Assembly (NCBI GenBank): GCA_018304145.1
Contig: JAGVWU010000001.1
Span: 144 to 64,143 of the forward strand
Source of the DNA: Candidatus Pacearchaeota archaeon
GTDB taxonomy: Archaea > Nanobdellota > Nanobdellia > Pacearchaeales > GW2011-AR1
Length of the DNA: 64,000 bases
Reading direction: 5' to 3'
This document shows positions 9,426-20,028 of this stretch, one piece after another. The translations under genes and the position numbers were made by a program. The notes beneath the pieces are model-generated. The model worked only from the letters and a program-made list of their open reading frames with translations. It did not search any database and had not been told where the DNA came from. The stretch's first letter is position 1. The number at the start of each line of letters is the position of its first letter.

Positions 9426-10295
9426 ATGGAAATAAGGGTATTAAAAGGTTTCACTGTTGAAAATTGGAAACATAGATTTCTTCCGTCTGAAGATGTTTAT
9501 AGATTTTCTCAATCCGGCAAATCTGGGATTTTATCTGTTGCTGATGGAATAACAAGAGATCCTACTAACGGAACCTTGCCAAATTTAGATAGTATATTTG
9601 GAAAAGTTCAATTTGTTCTGGGTTATCCAAAACCCAGCCCTGCATTCTATGTTGCAAATATGTTTTGCAAATCTTTTAATTCTTATTTTGAATCAATGCC
9701 TTCTGGTAAAAGAATTAATGAAGATTCTATTTTTGAATCATTTAGAATTGCAAATCAAATTATAAGAAATTTTAATAATAAATTTTTTCCATATGCAGAG
9801 TTAGATTTTTTGAAAAGGGATTATACAGGATGTGTTGCATCAGGAGCTATTGCTGATGGAAGAGATGTTTTTTATGGTTATATTGCTGATTCGGGATTTA
9901 TTGTTTTGGATGATAAAGGGAATATAAGATTTAAAACTGAAAATGAAGGGCCAAACAGCAAAGGAAACATTGATGAAGATGTAGCTAAAAAATATAGGAC
10001 GGGATTTAAATTTCCTAAAGGAAGAACAATTATACGAAGTCAATATAGAAATAATCCTGACGAACCTCTTGCATATGGAGCTTTGACTGGACAAACAGAA
10101 GCTATGAATTACGTAAGAACGGGTTATTTTGAATTACAAGAAGGAGATGTTCCTATTGTCTTTACAGATGGTTTAGAAAGTGTTATACAAAGCCCTGAAT
10201 TTGCAGAAAAAATCAGAGAAAGAGATTTTAAAGGAATAAAAAAATTATGCAGGAGGAAAGTTAGAACTGAAGGTACTTTAGTTTGTGCATTATAA
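9426..10295 (+). CDS. PP2C-like phosphatase-fold protein
   Basis: VADG, IADSG and FTDG metal-binding motifs. Confidence 0.7.
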   Translation: MEIRVLKGFTVENWKHRFLPSEDVYRFSQSGKSGILSVADGITRDPTNGTLPNLDSIFGKVQFVLGYPKPSPAFYVANMFCKSFNSYFESMPSGKRINEDSIFESFRIANQIIRNFNNKFFPYAELDFLKRDYTGCVASGAIADGRDVFYGYIADSGFIVLDDKGNIRFKTENEGPNSKGNIDEDVAKKYRTGFKFPKGRTIIRSQYRNNPDEPLAYGALTGQTEAMNYVRTGYFELQEGDVPIVFTDGLESVIQSPEFAEKIRERDFKGIKKLCRRKVRTEGTLVCAL

Positions 10296-10296
10296 A

Positions 10297-10821
10297 ATGA
10301 AATTCGATTTATCAAACCTATTAAAAATATCCATAATATTCCTGACCGGATTTTTAGCAGCTAATCTTTTTGGATTTTATTATGTATATGGCTCAGAGAT
10401 TCCTTTTTTAAAAAACTTTGGTTTTACAAATTTAAGTTACAATTCCGCTCCCTTTGATTTTATAAAAGAGAACCAAATAGAGGTTTATAATGACAGGATA
10501 ATAATAAGAATTGAAAATGCAAGTATTGGAAGCTATGCCCCTACTGGAAGCATGAGACCTATTCTTGATAAGGATTCAAATGGAATAAGGATAGTTCCAA
10601 AATCAGAAAATGACATTCATATTGGAGACATAATCAGTTTTGAGAATAGCTCTTTAGAAAAGACCTCTGAGAAATCAGAATTAATAATCCACAGGGTTAT
10701 TGAAAAGGGTATTGATGAGGATGGTGTTTATTTTATTACAAAAGGAGATAATAACAACATTAATGATGGAAAGATTAGATTTAATCAAATTAAATATCTG
10801 ACAATAGGTATGATATGGTGA
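10297..10821 (+). CDS. S26 signal peptidase I-like protein
   Basis: TGSMRP, GDII, IHRV, TKGDNN. Confidence 0.85.
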   Translation: MKFDLSNLLKISIIFLTGFLAANLFGFYYVYGSEIPFLKNFGFTNLSYNSAPFDFIKENQIEVYNDRIIIRIENASIGSYAPTGSMRPILDKDSNGIRIVPKSENDIHIGDIISFENSSLEKTSEKSELIIHRVIEKGIDEDGVYFITKGDNNNINDGKIRFNQIKYLTIGMIW

Positions 10822-10882
10822 TAATATTTATAGTGAAAAACATAAATAATTGAGCAAAATCTTATGTTTTTCTCTCGACCAA

Positions 10883-11036
10883 AGAAAATCTTGAAGGGAT
10901 TTTCTGGGCCGTAGAAATCTTCTGAATGATTTCTCCGGTAGTCAAGGCATAACTGCTCAGTATTCAATGCAAGAAAATTCTTTCAGAAGAATTTTCTGCA
11001 CAGAAAATCCTGCAGATTTTCATGTGTCCTTGACTA
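10883..11036. repeat. cluster of four GAAA(A)T(T)C...GA(A)TTT(T)C hairpins with a TAGTCAAGG/CCTTGACTA inverted repeat
   Basis: Hairpins at 10883-10905, 10913-10934, 10972-10997 and 11003-11021, between convergent genes. Confidence 0.8.
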
Positions 11037-11039
11037 TAT

Positions 11040-11990
11040 TTAGACTAAATTAAGGCTAATCAATGCATAATACAAAATCATTCCAAGATAGATTCCCATT
11101 GTTAAAAAAGGCATTGCTGGATAGAATCTTTTCTTTTTTGCAAATAAGAATAACATCAGCAGGGCAAGTGCTGCAAACAAAGAAATGATTAATGAGGGGA
11201 TTATTGAGTGATAAGTTTTATAAAAAACTCCTGCTGCTATTATTGGAAAAATTACATCTCCTCCTCCTAAAATTGCAAGATTTATCTTTATTTTGGCTTT
11301 TTTAAACTGATTGTTTAAAACTTTTTCTCCTTTTTCAAGATATTTATCCTTTATTTGCTTTATTTTTAATTTTTCTTTTTTTTCAGCATATGGCAGGAAA
11401 AAACCTGTAAAAAATTTTAGATTTTCTATTTGATACTTAGCCATTTTTTGCATGAATTCAGAATGCCAGACTGCCCAGATATCATAAATTGAAATCAATA
11501 AAAGAAGTATCACTATTCCGAATGTATTGATTAATGGAACAAAAACAGCTGCTATTCCTGGATAAATCATTAACTCAGTCATGTTATGAACAATCATATT
11601 TCTTTTGAAAATTTTGAAATAAGCCAACGGGACTGCGAGGATTAATGCTATCAGGGAAACCATGCTTAATGAAATATTAAAATTTTTAATTAAAAGAAAA
11701 ATAACAACATTTATTGTCAAGCCAATGGCCATTGAAGTGACTGCAAAAAACCATATTCTTATGAAAGTTTCTGCTTTTATTTTTGTTAAAAGAAAAAACA
11801 AGCCTATTGCTATGACGAATGCTATCAGAATATTGATTATTGAAAAATTCTCTTTTACTTCTTCAGGGGGTTCCATCCCATATGGAAGAATCAGGCCATT
11901 ATTGTAAGTTTTGACAACAAAAAACCCAATTAGCTGAGTCAATAAAAACATTATTATTAAAATTGCAGTTATTTTTACGTTGTGTTTCAT
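11040..11990 (-). CDS. presenilin-family intramembrane aspartyl protease
   Basis: Multi-TM; YD, LGGGD and PAMP motifs. Confidence 0.9.
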   Translation of the reverse strand: MKHNVKITAILIIMFLLTQLIGFFVVKTYNNGLILPYGMEPPEEVKENFSIINILIAFVIAIGLFFLLTKIKAETFIRIWFFAVTSMAIGLTINVVIFLLIKNFNISLSMVSLIALILAVPLAYFKIFKRNMIVHNMTELMIYPGIAAVFVPLINTFGIVILLLLISIYDIWAVWHSEFMQKMAKYQIENLKFFTGFFLPYAEKKEKLKIKQIKDKYLEKGEKVLNNQFKKAKIKINLAILGGGDVIFPIIAAGVFYKTYHSIIPSLIISLFAALALLMLFLFAKKKRFYPAMPFLTMGIYLGMILYYALISLNLV

Positions 11991-12225
11991 TCTCACAAGA
12001 AACTTAGAGTTTCTTCCAAGTAATTTTCCTCAGATAACAGATATTAACATATCTGTTGAACAAAAGAATTACTCATGAATAAAAACTTAAGTTAACTTCC
12101 TTTAAATTATATAGTAAAAAAGGTTTTTAAAGTTGCCTGCGTATATTAAATTGTTACAATGAATAAGTAATAAATATATTTTAAATCACAATAACGTTTA
12201 AAAAGCAATGGGGGATTAAATTAAC

Positions 12226-12810
12226 ATGCAAATTTTAGAAAGAACAAAAAATGAGATTGAGGCAAAGACAAGAACAATGTCTGATTTTTTGAAAATAGAA
12301 TATCTGGAATTGTGCTCAAAAAAATTTACAGATATTGAAATCCAGAGATTTTGTTATAAAGAACTGGCAAAACTTTATGAAAACAAATTTATGTATACAG
12401 AAGCCCTAAAATACATAACAAAGCTGAAAGGTGTTTGCATAATGCAGAGAGAGAAAGTTGATTGCTTGTTTAAGGAAATAGAATTATTAACTAAAAGCGG
12501 ATATTATGAAAAAGCAGATTTATCATTCAGAGAAGCTGTTAAAGAACTTAATGAAAATGACAGATTTGAACTAAAGAAAAGAATTACAGATGCTTACTAT
12601 GAAGAAGTTAAAAAATTGGAAAAATCCAGCAAATTTTCTGGAGTGATAAAGGTTTATGAAAATTTAATTCATTATGTTGTTGATAATGAAAGAATGCAGA
12701 TTAAAAGAAAAATGCTGGACCTTTATAAAAGATTGGGCAGAGTGAGAGAATCTATGCTGTTAGAAAAAGAATTAGAGGGGCATCCGGTTAAATCTGTTTC
12801 TGTGATTTAA
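12226..12810 (+). CDS. helical/TPR-like hypothetical protein
   Basis: Helical repeat pattern (LAKLYE...EALKY; LYKRLG). Confidence 0.6.
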   Translation: MQILERTKNEIEAKTRTMSDFLKIEYLELCSKKFTDIEIQRFCYKELAKLYENKFMYTEALKYITKLKGVCIMQREKVDCLFKEIELLTKSGYYEKADLSFREAVKELNENDRFELKKRITDAYYEEVKKLEKSSKFSGVIKVYENLIHYVVDNERMQIKRKMLDLYKRLGRVRESMLLEKELEGHPVKSVSVI

Positions 12811-12822
12811 TTAATATCTAAG

Positions 12823-13242
12823 ATGGCAAATTCAATACACGTTGGCTCAGCAGGAAGAATAATAACTGAAGGTCCCGCTGTTGATAAATTCACACTTCAT
12901 GGAGATTCTGTACAAAAATTTTATGATGTTCTAAGAGCTATAAATAATCCAAGATTACTTTTAGTTGGCTCTTCTTATTGGGGTTATAGTAATCATGATT
13001 TAAGTTATAATATAGAAGATGCTGCATTATATATTGGATTTTCAGCAGAATCTAAAAGAGTTAGAGGTCGGCTAAAAGAAATTAATTTTGCTGAAGTTAA
13101 AATTGGTGCTCAAACTAGAGAAAAAAGAGAAAAAGCATTAAGTAGACTAGAAGAAATCACTGGTTTTAGTTTTGCTGATCAAATAAGAAGATTAATTTAT
13201 GCTGAAGAAGAAACTTCACCAGAAGAAACAAAATCTGAATAG
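12823..13242 (+). CDS. hypothetical protein
   Basis: 139 aa ORF co-oriented with the previous gene. Confidence 0.6.
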   Translation: MANSIHVGSAGRIITEGPAVDKFTLHGDSVQKFYDVLRAINNPRLLLVGSSYWGYSNHDLSYNIEDAALYIGFSAESKRVRGRLKEINFAEVKIGAQTREKREKALSRLEEITGFSFADQIRRLIYAEEETSPEETKSE

Positions 13243-13447
13243 AAATATTTTTATTAATCTTTATACTTTTTAGTTAATATTTATGCAGGTTTTGTTGTGA
13301 AAATAAAGATTGTTATGTTGTAAAAACAATTAACACTAAAATCCGAACCATTGATAATTAATTTACATGAATAATATTTAATAAGAATCTAGAATGCTTA
13401 TCTCAATCTAATTGTCTCTAAATTTCTAAGGATATTCGTCTCTGTAT

Positions 13448-13500
13448 ACAGAAAATTAAGAATTTTCTGTCCCATAAAAAATCTTCTGAATGATTTTTTA
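13448..13500. repeat. tandem hairpin repeats
   Basis: ACAGAAAATT-AAG-AATTTTCTGT and TAAAAAATC-TTCTGAAT-GATTTTTTA. Confidence 0.8.
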
Positions 13501-13525
13501 GGTGCATCGCATACTGAAACAAAAA

Positions 13526-15412
13526 TCATCTTAGTCTTATAGTTTCTAAGTTACGCGGGACGTTTGTTTCAGTATGCTGCAATTTGTAAATTGAAGAAGC
13601 TAAATCCAAGCATCTGCTTTGCTCTCCATGAACTATTATTATCCTGTTAGGATGCGGCTGGCATTTATTTGCAAAATCTAGAAGCTCTGTTCTTCCTGCA
13701 TGAGAAGTCAAGCCATCAATTGTAATCACATTCATATTGACTTCTATATTCTCTTCTTTTCCTTCAATATTCATCCTGACTTCTTTTACACCATCCTGAA
13801 CCTGCCTTCCAAGAGAACCGGGGCCCTGATAACATACAAAACAAATTTTGTTGTTTTTGTTTATTGAGAAATGCCTGAAATATTCCACAGACGCTCCTCC
13901 AACTAACATACCTGAAGTTGCAAGAACAACACAAGGGCCTCCTTCAATAACCTGTTTTCTTTCAGCAGCAGAACCGACTCTTTGAAAAACTTCTGAAATA
14001 AATGGATTATTGTTCTGAAAAACTTCTTTTCTGACCAGAGAATTTAAAAAATCAGGATAAGCTGTGTGAATTCCATTTATGTCCCAAATCATTCCATCAA
14101 TATATATTGGAACTTTTGGGAGAGAATTGTTCTTCATTGCTTCTGCTAAAATAAGCATTGTTTCCTGAGCTCTCCCTAATCCTAATTCAGGAATCAAAAC
14201 TTTTCCCCCTTGCCCTATGGTTTCTTTAATTTCATTAATCATCTGATCCTCTGCCTCTTTTCTTGGAGGAAGAACATTATTTTTCCCCCCATAAGTAGAT
14301 TCTATAATCATTGTTTCAAGCCTTGGAAAATTGGAAACAGCTCTTTCTAATAATTGAGATTTTAAAAATTTGAAATCTCCTGTATAAATCAGATTATGAG
14401 CCCCATTTCCAATATTTATATGGACTATTGAAGAACCTAAGGCATGTCCAGAATTATACAGAGTTATTCTCATGTCGGGAGCAATATCTGTAACTTCATT
14501 GTATTCAAGGCAAATAGTATGTTTAACCATTTCTTTTATATCTGTTGAAGAAAACAATGGAGCTGCTGCTTGTTTATACGCAACACCTATAAAATCAAGA
14601 GCTAAAAGAGCTGAAACATCTCTTGTGGGAGCTGTCATGTAAACAGGCCCTCTATATCCCATCTTAAATAAATATGGAATCAATCCGCTATGATCCAGAT
14701 GAGCGTGGCTTAAAATTATTGCATCTAATTCATTTATTTTAAATTCTGAAACATCCAAATATGGAAATTTTTCTTTACCCTTTCCAGCCACATTTATTCC
14801 ACAGTCCAGAAGAATTTTTGTTTGTGGAGTTGATAACAGAAAACAGCTTCTTCCAACCTGTCTTCCCCCTCCCAAAAATGTTATTCTAATCCATTCCTCA
14901 ACTTTTTCAGGATTCCATTCCTTGTAAATCTTTTTTCCCACGGAATTCAAGAATTTTTTTCTGGTATTATTGTTCTGATAAAGAACATCCCTTATATTTT
15001 CAGTTATTTTGCTTTCAATTGCAGGGCTTCTCTGAATCTGAGGTATCCATAAACTATTATCTTTGATTTCTTTTAAAATAAGCCCTGATTTTCCAATAAC
15101 CAATCCAGGCCTTTTTGCCTCAATAACAACAATGCTTCTTTGAGAATCAAAAAGAATAGCTGTTAATTCTGCTTCTTTAGGAACTGTCTCTCTGATTATT
15201 TTTTCAGTATCCTCTTCTGATTTTAAAAGTTTTTCATCTGCCCTTAATTCTATTCTTTTTTTAAATTTATTAACCAGCTCTTTGATTTTTCCTTCATTAT
15301 CCTTAAAAAATTCTATATCGTTTGTATAAAGAACAATATTAGCACCTTCAAAGTTCGCACTGCTTATTACTTTTGGTAATTCTTTCTGTATGTCTTTTAG
15401 AATATCTGCCAT
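13526..15412 (-). CDS. fttA: aCPSF1/FttA KH-domain beta-CASP ribonuclease (transcription termination factor)
   Basis: KH motif PGLVIGK, MBL motif HAHLDH, ESTYG, VHGE; next to the proteasome beta gene. Confidence 0.93.
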   Translation of the reverse strand: MADILKDIQKELPKVISSANFEGANIVLYTNDIEFFKDNEGKIKELVNKFKKRIELRADEKLLKSEEDTEKIIRETVPKEAELTAILFDSQRSIVVIEAKRPGLVIGKSGLILKEIKDNSLWIPQIQRSPAIESKITENIRDVLYQNNNTRKKFLNSVGKKIYKEWNPEKVEEWIRITFLGGGRQVGRSCFLLSTPQTKILLDCGINVAGKGKEKFPYLDVSEFKINELDAIILSHAHLDHSGLIPYLFKMGYRGPVYMTAPTRDVSALLALDFIGVAYKQAAAPLFSSTDIKEMVKHTICLEYNEVTDIAPDMRITLYNSGHALGSSIVHINIGNGAHNLIYTGDFKFLKSQLLERAVSNFPRLETMIIESTYGGKNNVLPPRKEAEDQMINEIKETIGQGGKVLIPELGLGRAQETMLILAEAMKNNSLPKVPIYIDGMIWDINGIHTAYPDFLNSLVRKEVFQNNNPFISEVFQRVGSAAERKQVIEGGPCVVLATSGMLVGGASVEYFRHFSINKNNKICFVCYQGPGSLGRQVQDGVKEVRMNIEGKEENIEVNMNVITIDGLTSHAGRTELLDFANKCQPHPNRIIIVHGEQSRCLDLASSIYKLQHTETNVPRNLETIRLR

Positions 15413-15485
15413 GCTATTTGATTAAAATTTATTAAATATCTCTAATAACTATTTACCACCTTAATTTTTTATTTTAAATTTAAAA

Positions 15486-16148
15486 TTACTTTATATTTTT
15501 ATATTCTGGAGTGATTTCTTGTGCGACTTCATGTTTTATACCTTTCTTTGTTATAGTGAACACATCAATTCCATTTCCACTTCCAGTGTCTCTTTGTGTT
15601 GAAGATTTTAGTGCTTCAATAACTAAATCTACTCCTTCTTTTATATCTATATTCTTTTTGTATTGTCTTTCCAATAAACCCAAAACATAGGGCATTCCAG
15701 AACCAAAATTAGCATCGTAATCTTCTACTTGAATAGCAGTTCCAGAAGGTTCTATTGAATAAAGTTCGGTTGTTCCATCTTCATTAAACCCTGCTACAAG
15801 AGTTCCAACAATTGAAGGAATCATTGTGGGCTGCCTGATGTTCCTGTAAGTAATCATTCCTATAAGATTAGCTGCCTCTTTAATGGTCGGTCTTTTCTTT
15901 GCCTTTAATTCTTTTAATCTTAATTCTGCTGCAATTATTTTCTTTTGCATTTCTATATCAGACATATTTCCTGTTCCAGCAATAACCAAATAGTCATTAA
16001 TCTGCACTGCTTTTTTTGCATTTTTCATTGCAATTAAATTTCCTGCTGTTGCTCTTCTATCAGAAGCCATTACAACTCCGTCCTTGCAGACTATTCCAAG
16101 TATGGTTGTTCCTGTCTTAAGAATACTATTTTTTAATTCATTATCCAT
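15486..16148 (-). CDS. psmB: proteasome beta subunit
   Basis: Propeptide plus KTG/TTILG catalytic Thr, DRRAT, GSG, RDTGSG. Confidence 0.95.
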   Translation of the reverse strand: MDNELKNSILKTGTTILGIVCKDGVVMASDRRATAGNLIAMKNAKKAVQINDYLVIAGTGNMSDIEMQKKIIAAELRLKELKAKKRPTIKEAANLIGMITYRNIRQPTMIPSIVGTLVAGFNEDGTTELYSIEPSGTAIQVEDYDANFGSGMPYVLGLLERQYKKNIDIKEGVDLVIEALKSSTQRDTGSGNGIDVFTITKKGIKHEVAQEITPEYKNIK

Positions 16149-16323
16149 TTTATTTAAAAATTCATTAGGGAATTTTTAAGCCACAAAAATCTTCTAAAAG
16201 ATTTTTTATGTTTAAAAAAATTCTAAAACAAAAATGCTTTTGAATCCATTTAGAATTTATAATATTAGTGAGAAAAAAGGGTTTATAAAGTTTTCGAAGA
16301 AGAAAATTTTTGGATTTTTAACT

Positions 16324-16503
16324 TTAAAACTCTGGTGATATCCTGGTTATTCTAAAAAGCTTATGAACTTCAGAAGCACACATTCCCTCTAATCTTCCTG
16401 ATTTTTTTAGTTTATCAAATTCTGCTAATTTTTTATTTTGAGTATAAACAGGATGAATAAATTCATATGCTTTTTGCAGAAATTTTGTTAAATATTTTAT
16501 CAT
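16324..16503 (-). CDS. small hypothetical protein (59 aa)
   Basis: Read by hand: MIKYLTKFLQKAYEFIHPVY...RISPEF; just below the ORF-track cutoff. Confidence 0.4.
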   Translation of the reverse strand: MIKYLTKFLQKAYEFIHPVYTQNKKLAEFDKLKKSGRLEGMCASEVHKLFRITRISPEF

Positions 16504-16739
16504 GATAATTGATATAGGGTTTAATTTCTGAGATTATAAAAACTTAGGTAACTCCCCTCCAATAGTAAAAAGCAGAAATGTTTTTAAATGAATTTTTGAT
16601 GAAGAGAATATGCAAGAAGAATTATAAAGAATCTATATTTATAAATAGTGTAACTAAAGTGTCTCACAATGTATTTTCAAGTTTTTGAAAAATGTCTCAG
16701 AGTGTGAGAAATTAACGGATTGTCAAAATATTATTTAGA

Positions 16740-17528
16740 TTAAGCTAACTTTCCAGAAATTAATAGAGGCTTGCAATAATTATTCCAAAGTTGATGTCCA
16801 TTTATATCAACAAGTTTTTGATGTTCTCTTATTAATGCGTTTACATCTCCATTATATGAATTAACAAGTAATTTCCCCGCAATTTGTGGAATATGTTCTG
16901 TTAAACTATGAGCTCTCATTGTCCTCTCAAAAAATTGATTTTCAGGATGCATGTAACTTATCGTTCTAAAGGCTTTTTCCCAATCATATTTCTCTGCCGC
17001 AAATCTTTGTTGTTCTAAGTGTGCTTGCCCTAATGGGGGAAAGAATTCATTTAAATTTAATTTAAATTCTCCAATCTTCAAAGGTTCAAGAATTCTATAG
17101 ACCAAATTTCCAAAACTCGATGAATAACCATTAAATTCTTTAAAGTCTTCAGGCCGAACTTTAATAGTTTCATTATCAACTACAACTACAGAGTGCGTTA
17201 CTTCTTCTGCTAACATCAAAGGATATCTTCCATTTGAAACTGCTCTATTGATTATTATGGCGTGATTATCTTTCCTGTATCTACAAGAACCAAAACTATC
17301 ATAAGTCCTACTTATAATGTCTCTTATAGCTTCTTCAGATGGAGATTCGGGATGAAACTCTAAAGTTTCTCTTACTTTCCAGCCCTCTTTATTTACATCT
17401 TCCACATTAAAAATTGCTAATATTGGCGGACCTCTCGAATCATTTTTAGAGAACAATCTAGACAGTTCTTGCCATTGTCTTTGAATATCTCCATATACAA
17501 ATTCTCTTGGAGATGTTTTAATATTCAT
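16740..17528 (-). CDS. hypothetical protein
   Basis: 262 aa ORF; LAEEVTH resembles a degenerate zincin motif. Confidence 0.65.
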   Translation of the reverse strand: MNIKTSPREFVYGDIQRQWQELSRLFSKNDSRGPPILAIFNVEDVNKEGWKVRETLEFHPESPSEEAIRDIISRTYDSFGSCRYRKDNHAIIINRAVSNGRYPLMLAEEVTHSVVVVDNETIKVRPEDFKEFNGYSSSFGNLVYRILEPLKIGEFKLNLNEFFPPLGQAHLEQQRFAAEKYDWEKAFRTISYMHPENQFFERTMRAHSLTEHIPQIAGKLLVNSYNGDVNALIREHQKLVDINGHQLWNNYCKPLLISGKLA

Positions 17529-17719
17529 TAGAAAGAAAAAAATATCCTATATATAAATCTTTGTATTATTAACTACTAATAAGTTACAAATATAACTATT
17601 TATGTCGTAAATTCTTTAATTTAGTTAAGGAGGTAACAAGAATTGTCATAAAACTTATTACATAAAGTATCATAAATCTTGTTACACGGTAATTTTATAA
17701 ATTATTACAAAAACAAAAT

Positions 17720-19768
17720 TCATTCAACCTTTGTAATACCATTCTCTTTCCTTATTCTTACAATATTGTCTACAAAGCTTTCTATTTTTTGTTCATGGCT
17801 TACTAAAATAAGCTGTTCTATATTTAATTGATTTAAAACATCCCTCATTTTATCCAGCTGCTGTTCTGAAAAACCATCTGTTGGCTCATCAAGAATAACA
17901 AGATTGGTTGTTTTTATGTTGCTGAGCATTGAATTTATTACCTGATTTAATGATAACCTATATGCAAGGGCAACTGAAGTTCTTTCTCCTCCTGAAAGAA
18001 AAGAATAATCCAATTCATAGTCCTGCTGTTCAATTACTGGAGAAAAATTATCATCTAACTTGGCTGAAAGAGAATCTGAAACAAGGATTGAAAACCATTT
18101 TGAAAACAGTTTAGAAAATTCCTCTTTAAGATTAAGCATTACCTGTTTTTCTGTAAAAAGGATTATGTCAAGGAATTTTTCCGAAATCCAGTATTCCAAT
18201 TCCCTTATTTTTTCTATTTTTTTCTTTAGCCCTTCCTTTTTTTCAATAGCCTGCTCTTTTTCTTTTATCTGCTGTTCTGAAAACTGAATTTCCTTATTTG
18301 TTTCTGCTTTTTTAATTGCAGACTCATTCTCTTTTTGTTTTGCTTCCCTTAATTCAGTATTTTTTTGTTCAAAAATAGAATCATATTTTGAATATTCAGT
18401 AATTGAAAAATCAATGGATTCTACATGGTTTTTCAGTAATTCCAAATCTTTTTCAAAGTATTTTTTTTGATTTTCCAAATCTTTCATCCTGTCTTCTTTT
18501 TCTTTTATTGTTTCTAATTTTATCCTCAAAAGTTCAAAATCTGATTTCTTTTTATTTAATTCTTCTTTATTATTTTTAATGGATTCTATATTCTGCAAAA
18601 GATACTTTTTCTTAAGATTAAAGGATTCTAAATTAATATCAATCACTTTCAAATCTTCATTAATTTTTGAAAGAATATTAGATTTATAATCAATCGGCAC
18701 ATCCTGAAGGCACGTTGGGCATTTTTTTAATGCAGATATTTTATTTTTCATATTCATCGTTTCCCTTTGTTTTGCATCCTCGGAATTAATCTGGCTTATT
18801 ATCTGAATGTATTCTTTTTGCAGGTTATCTTCCCTATTTTGTTCTTCTTTTATTTTTTTATTCAAAGAATCCAATTCCTCCTGCCTAAACATTATTTTCT
18901 TAGATTCTTCAATCTGAAGATTTAATGAATTAATGTTATTTTGAAGAGTCTTTGTTTGCTGTTTTTTTTCAGAAAAAAGCATCAAAGATTTGGATTTTTC
19001 ATTTTCAAGAACATTTTTTTGATTTATTTTTTCCTGAAGTATTTCCAAATCTTTCTCTTTTTCCACCCTTTTATGCACTAACTCTTCATGCTCCTGCTCT
19101 ACAATTTTCTTTTTTCTTTTTAATTCTAGTACAATTTCTTTTCTTTTGATTAAATCCTCTTTTAAGAAATCCAAGTCAAAAATCATTCCTTCGCTGGTTC
19201 TTATTTTTTCCCTTAATTTAGATGTTAATATAATAGAGTTCTCTACTATTCTTTTGTATTTATCTATTCCAAAAACATGCCTTAAGGTATTAAGCCTTAA
19301 TTCACCGGGTTCTAGAATAATCTGCTTCATTTCTTCCTGAGGAGTGTATACTGTAAATTTATATAACAGATTTGTTTTTTTGGAAAATTCTGAGGGATAG
19401 TTTAAAAGCTTCAGAACCCTGTTTTTAATTTCAGTCACGCTTTCTTCAAATTTTTCATTATCAATCATTATTGAAGCATAGTCCTGAGAAACTGTTTTTT
19501 TGACTCTTTTTAAGGTTCTTTCAATAATTATATTTTTATCATCTATCTCAAATTCCAAGATAACTTTTCCTTCATCATTTGCATTCCTCAATAGAGAAGT
19601 TCCTCTTTGGCCTGGCTGCAGGCCGAACAATGCAAATTCAATTGCTAGTAGAATAGTTGTTTTTCCAGAGCCTATATCTCCTGATAAAAGAGTCGAGCCT
19701 TTTGGAAAAACAACCTCCTGTTTTTCATAGCTTCTAAGATTTTCTATTGATATTTTTTTTATTATCAT
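17720..19768 (-). CDS. rad50: Rad50/SbcC-like SMC ATPase
   Basis: Walker A GDIGSGKT, coiled coil with CPTC Zn hook, LSGGE signature, LDEPT Walker B; ATG at 19768. Confidence 0.9.
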   Translation of the reverse strand: MIIKKISIENLRSYEKQEVVFPKGSTLLSGDIGSGKTTILLAIEFALFGLQPGQRGTSLLRNANDEGKVILEFEIDDKNIIIERTLKRVKKTVSQDYASIMIDNEKFEESVTEIKNRVLKLLNYPSEFSKKTNLLYKFTVYTPQEEMKQIILEPGELRLNTLRHVFGIDKYKRIVENSIILTSKLREKIRTSEGMIFDLDFLKEDLIKRKEIVLELKRKKKIVEQEHEELVHKRVEKEKDLEILQEKINQKNVLENEKSKSLMLFSEKKQQTKTLQNNINSLNLQIEESKKIMFRQEELDSLNKKIKEEQNREDNLQKEYIQIISQINSEDAKQRETMNMKNKISALKKCPTCLQDVPIDYKSNILSKINEDLKVIDINLESFNLKKKYLLQNIESIKNNKEELNKKKSDFELLRIKLETIKEKEDRMKDLENQKKYFEKDLELLKNHVESIDFSITEYSKYDSIFEQKNTELREAKQKENESAIKKAETNKEIQFSEQQIKEKEQAIEKKEGLKKKIEKIRELEYWISEKFLDIILFTEKQVMLNLKEEFSKLFSKWFSILVSDSLSAKLDDNFSPVIEQQDYELDYSFLSGGERTSVALAYRLSLNQVINSMLSNIKTTNLVILDEPTDGFSEQQLDKMRDVLNQLNIEQLILVSHEQKIESFVDNIVRIRKENGITKVE

Positions 19769-19968
19769 ATTCGTATGGAAACCAAGGGTTTCACAAACAA
19801 AAAGCATTTATCTATCTTATTATTTAATTTGTAAATGCTTTTTGTTTCTAACAAGTCACCCTTCCTTTGAAGGTAACAAGTAATTTTCCTCATTATCATT
19901 TTATTTTTGTTAATGTTTATGCAGGACAGGTAAGGTAGTTGGAACATTAGTTTGTCTAGCTTTTTCAT
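19765..19968 (-). CDS. small hypothetical protein
   Basis: 67 aa ORF whose stop overlaps the rad50 ATG (ATGA). Confidence 0.45.
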   Translation of the reverse strand: MKKLDKLMFQLPYLSCININKNKMIMRKITCYLQRKGDLLETKSIYKLNNKIDKCFLFVKPLVSIRI

Positions 19969-20028
19969 TTCACAACCCTCGATTACCCCTCTTCGCTTCT
20001 AAATTTATTGATTAATAATATTTTCATT

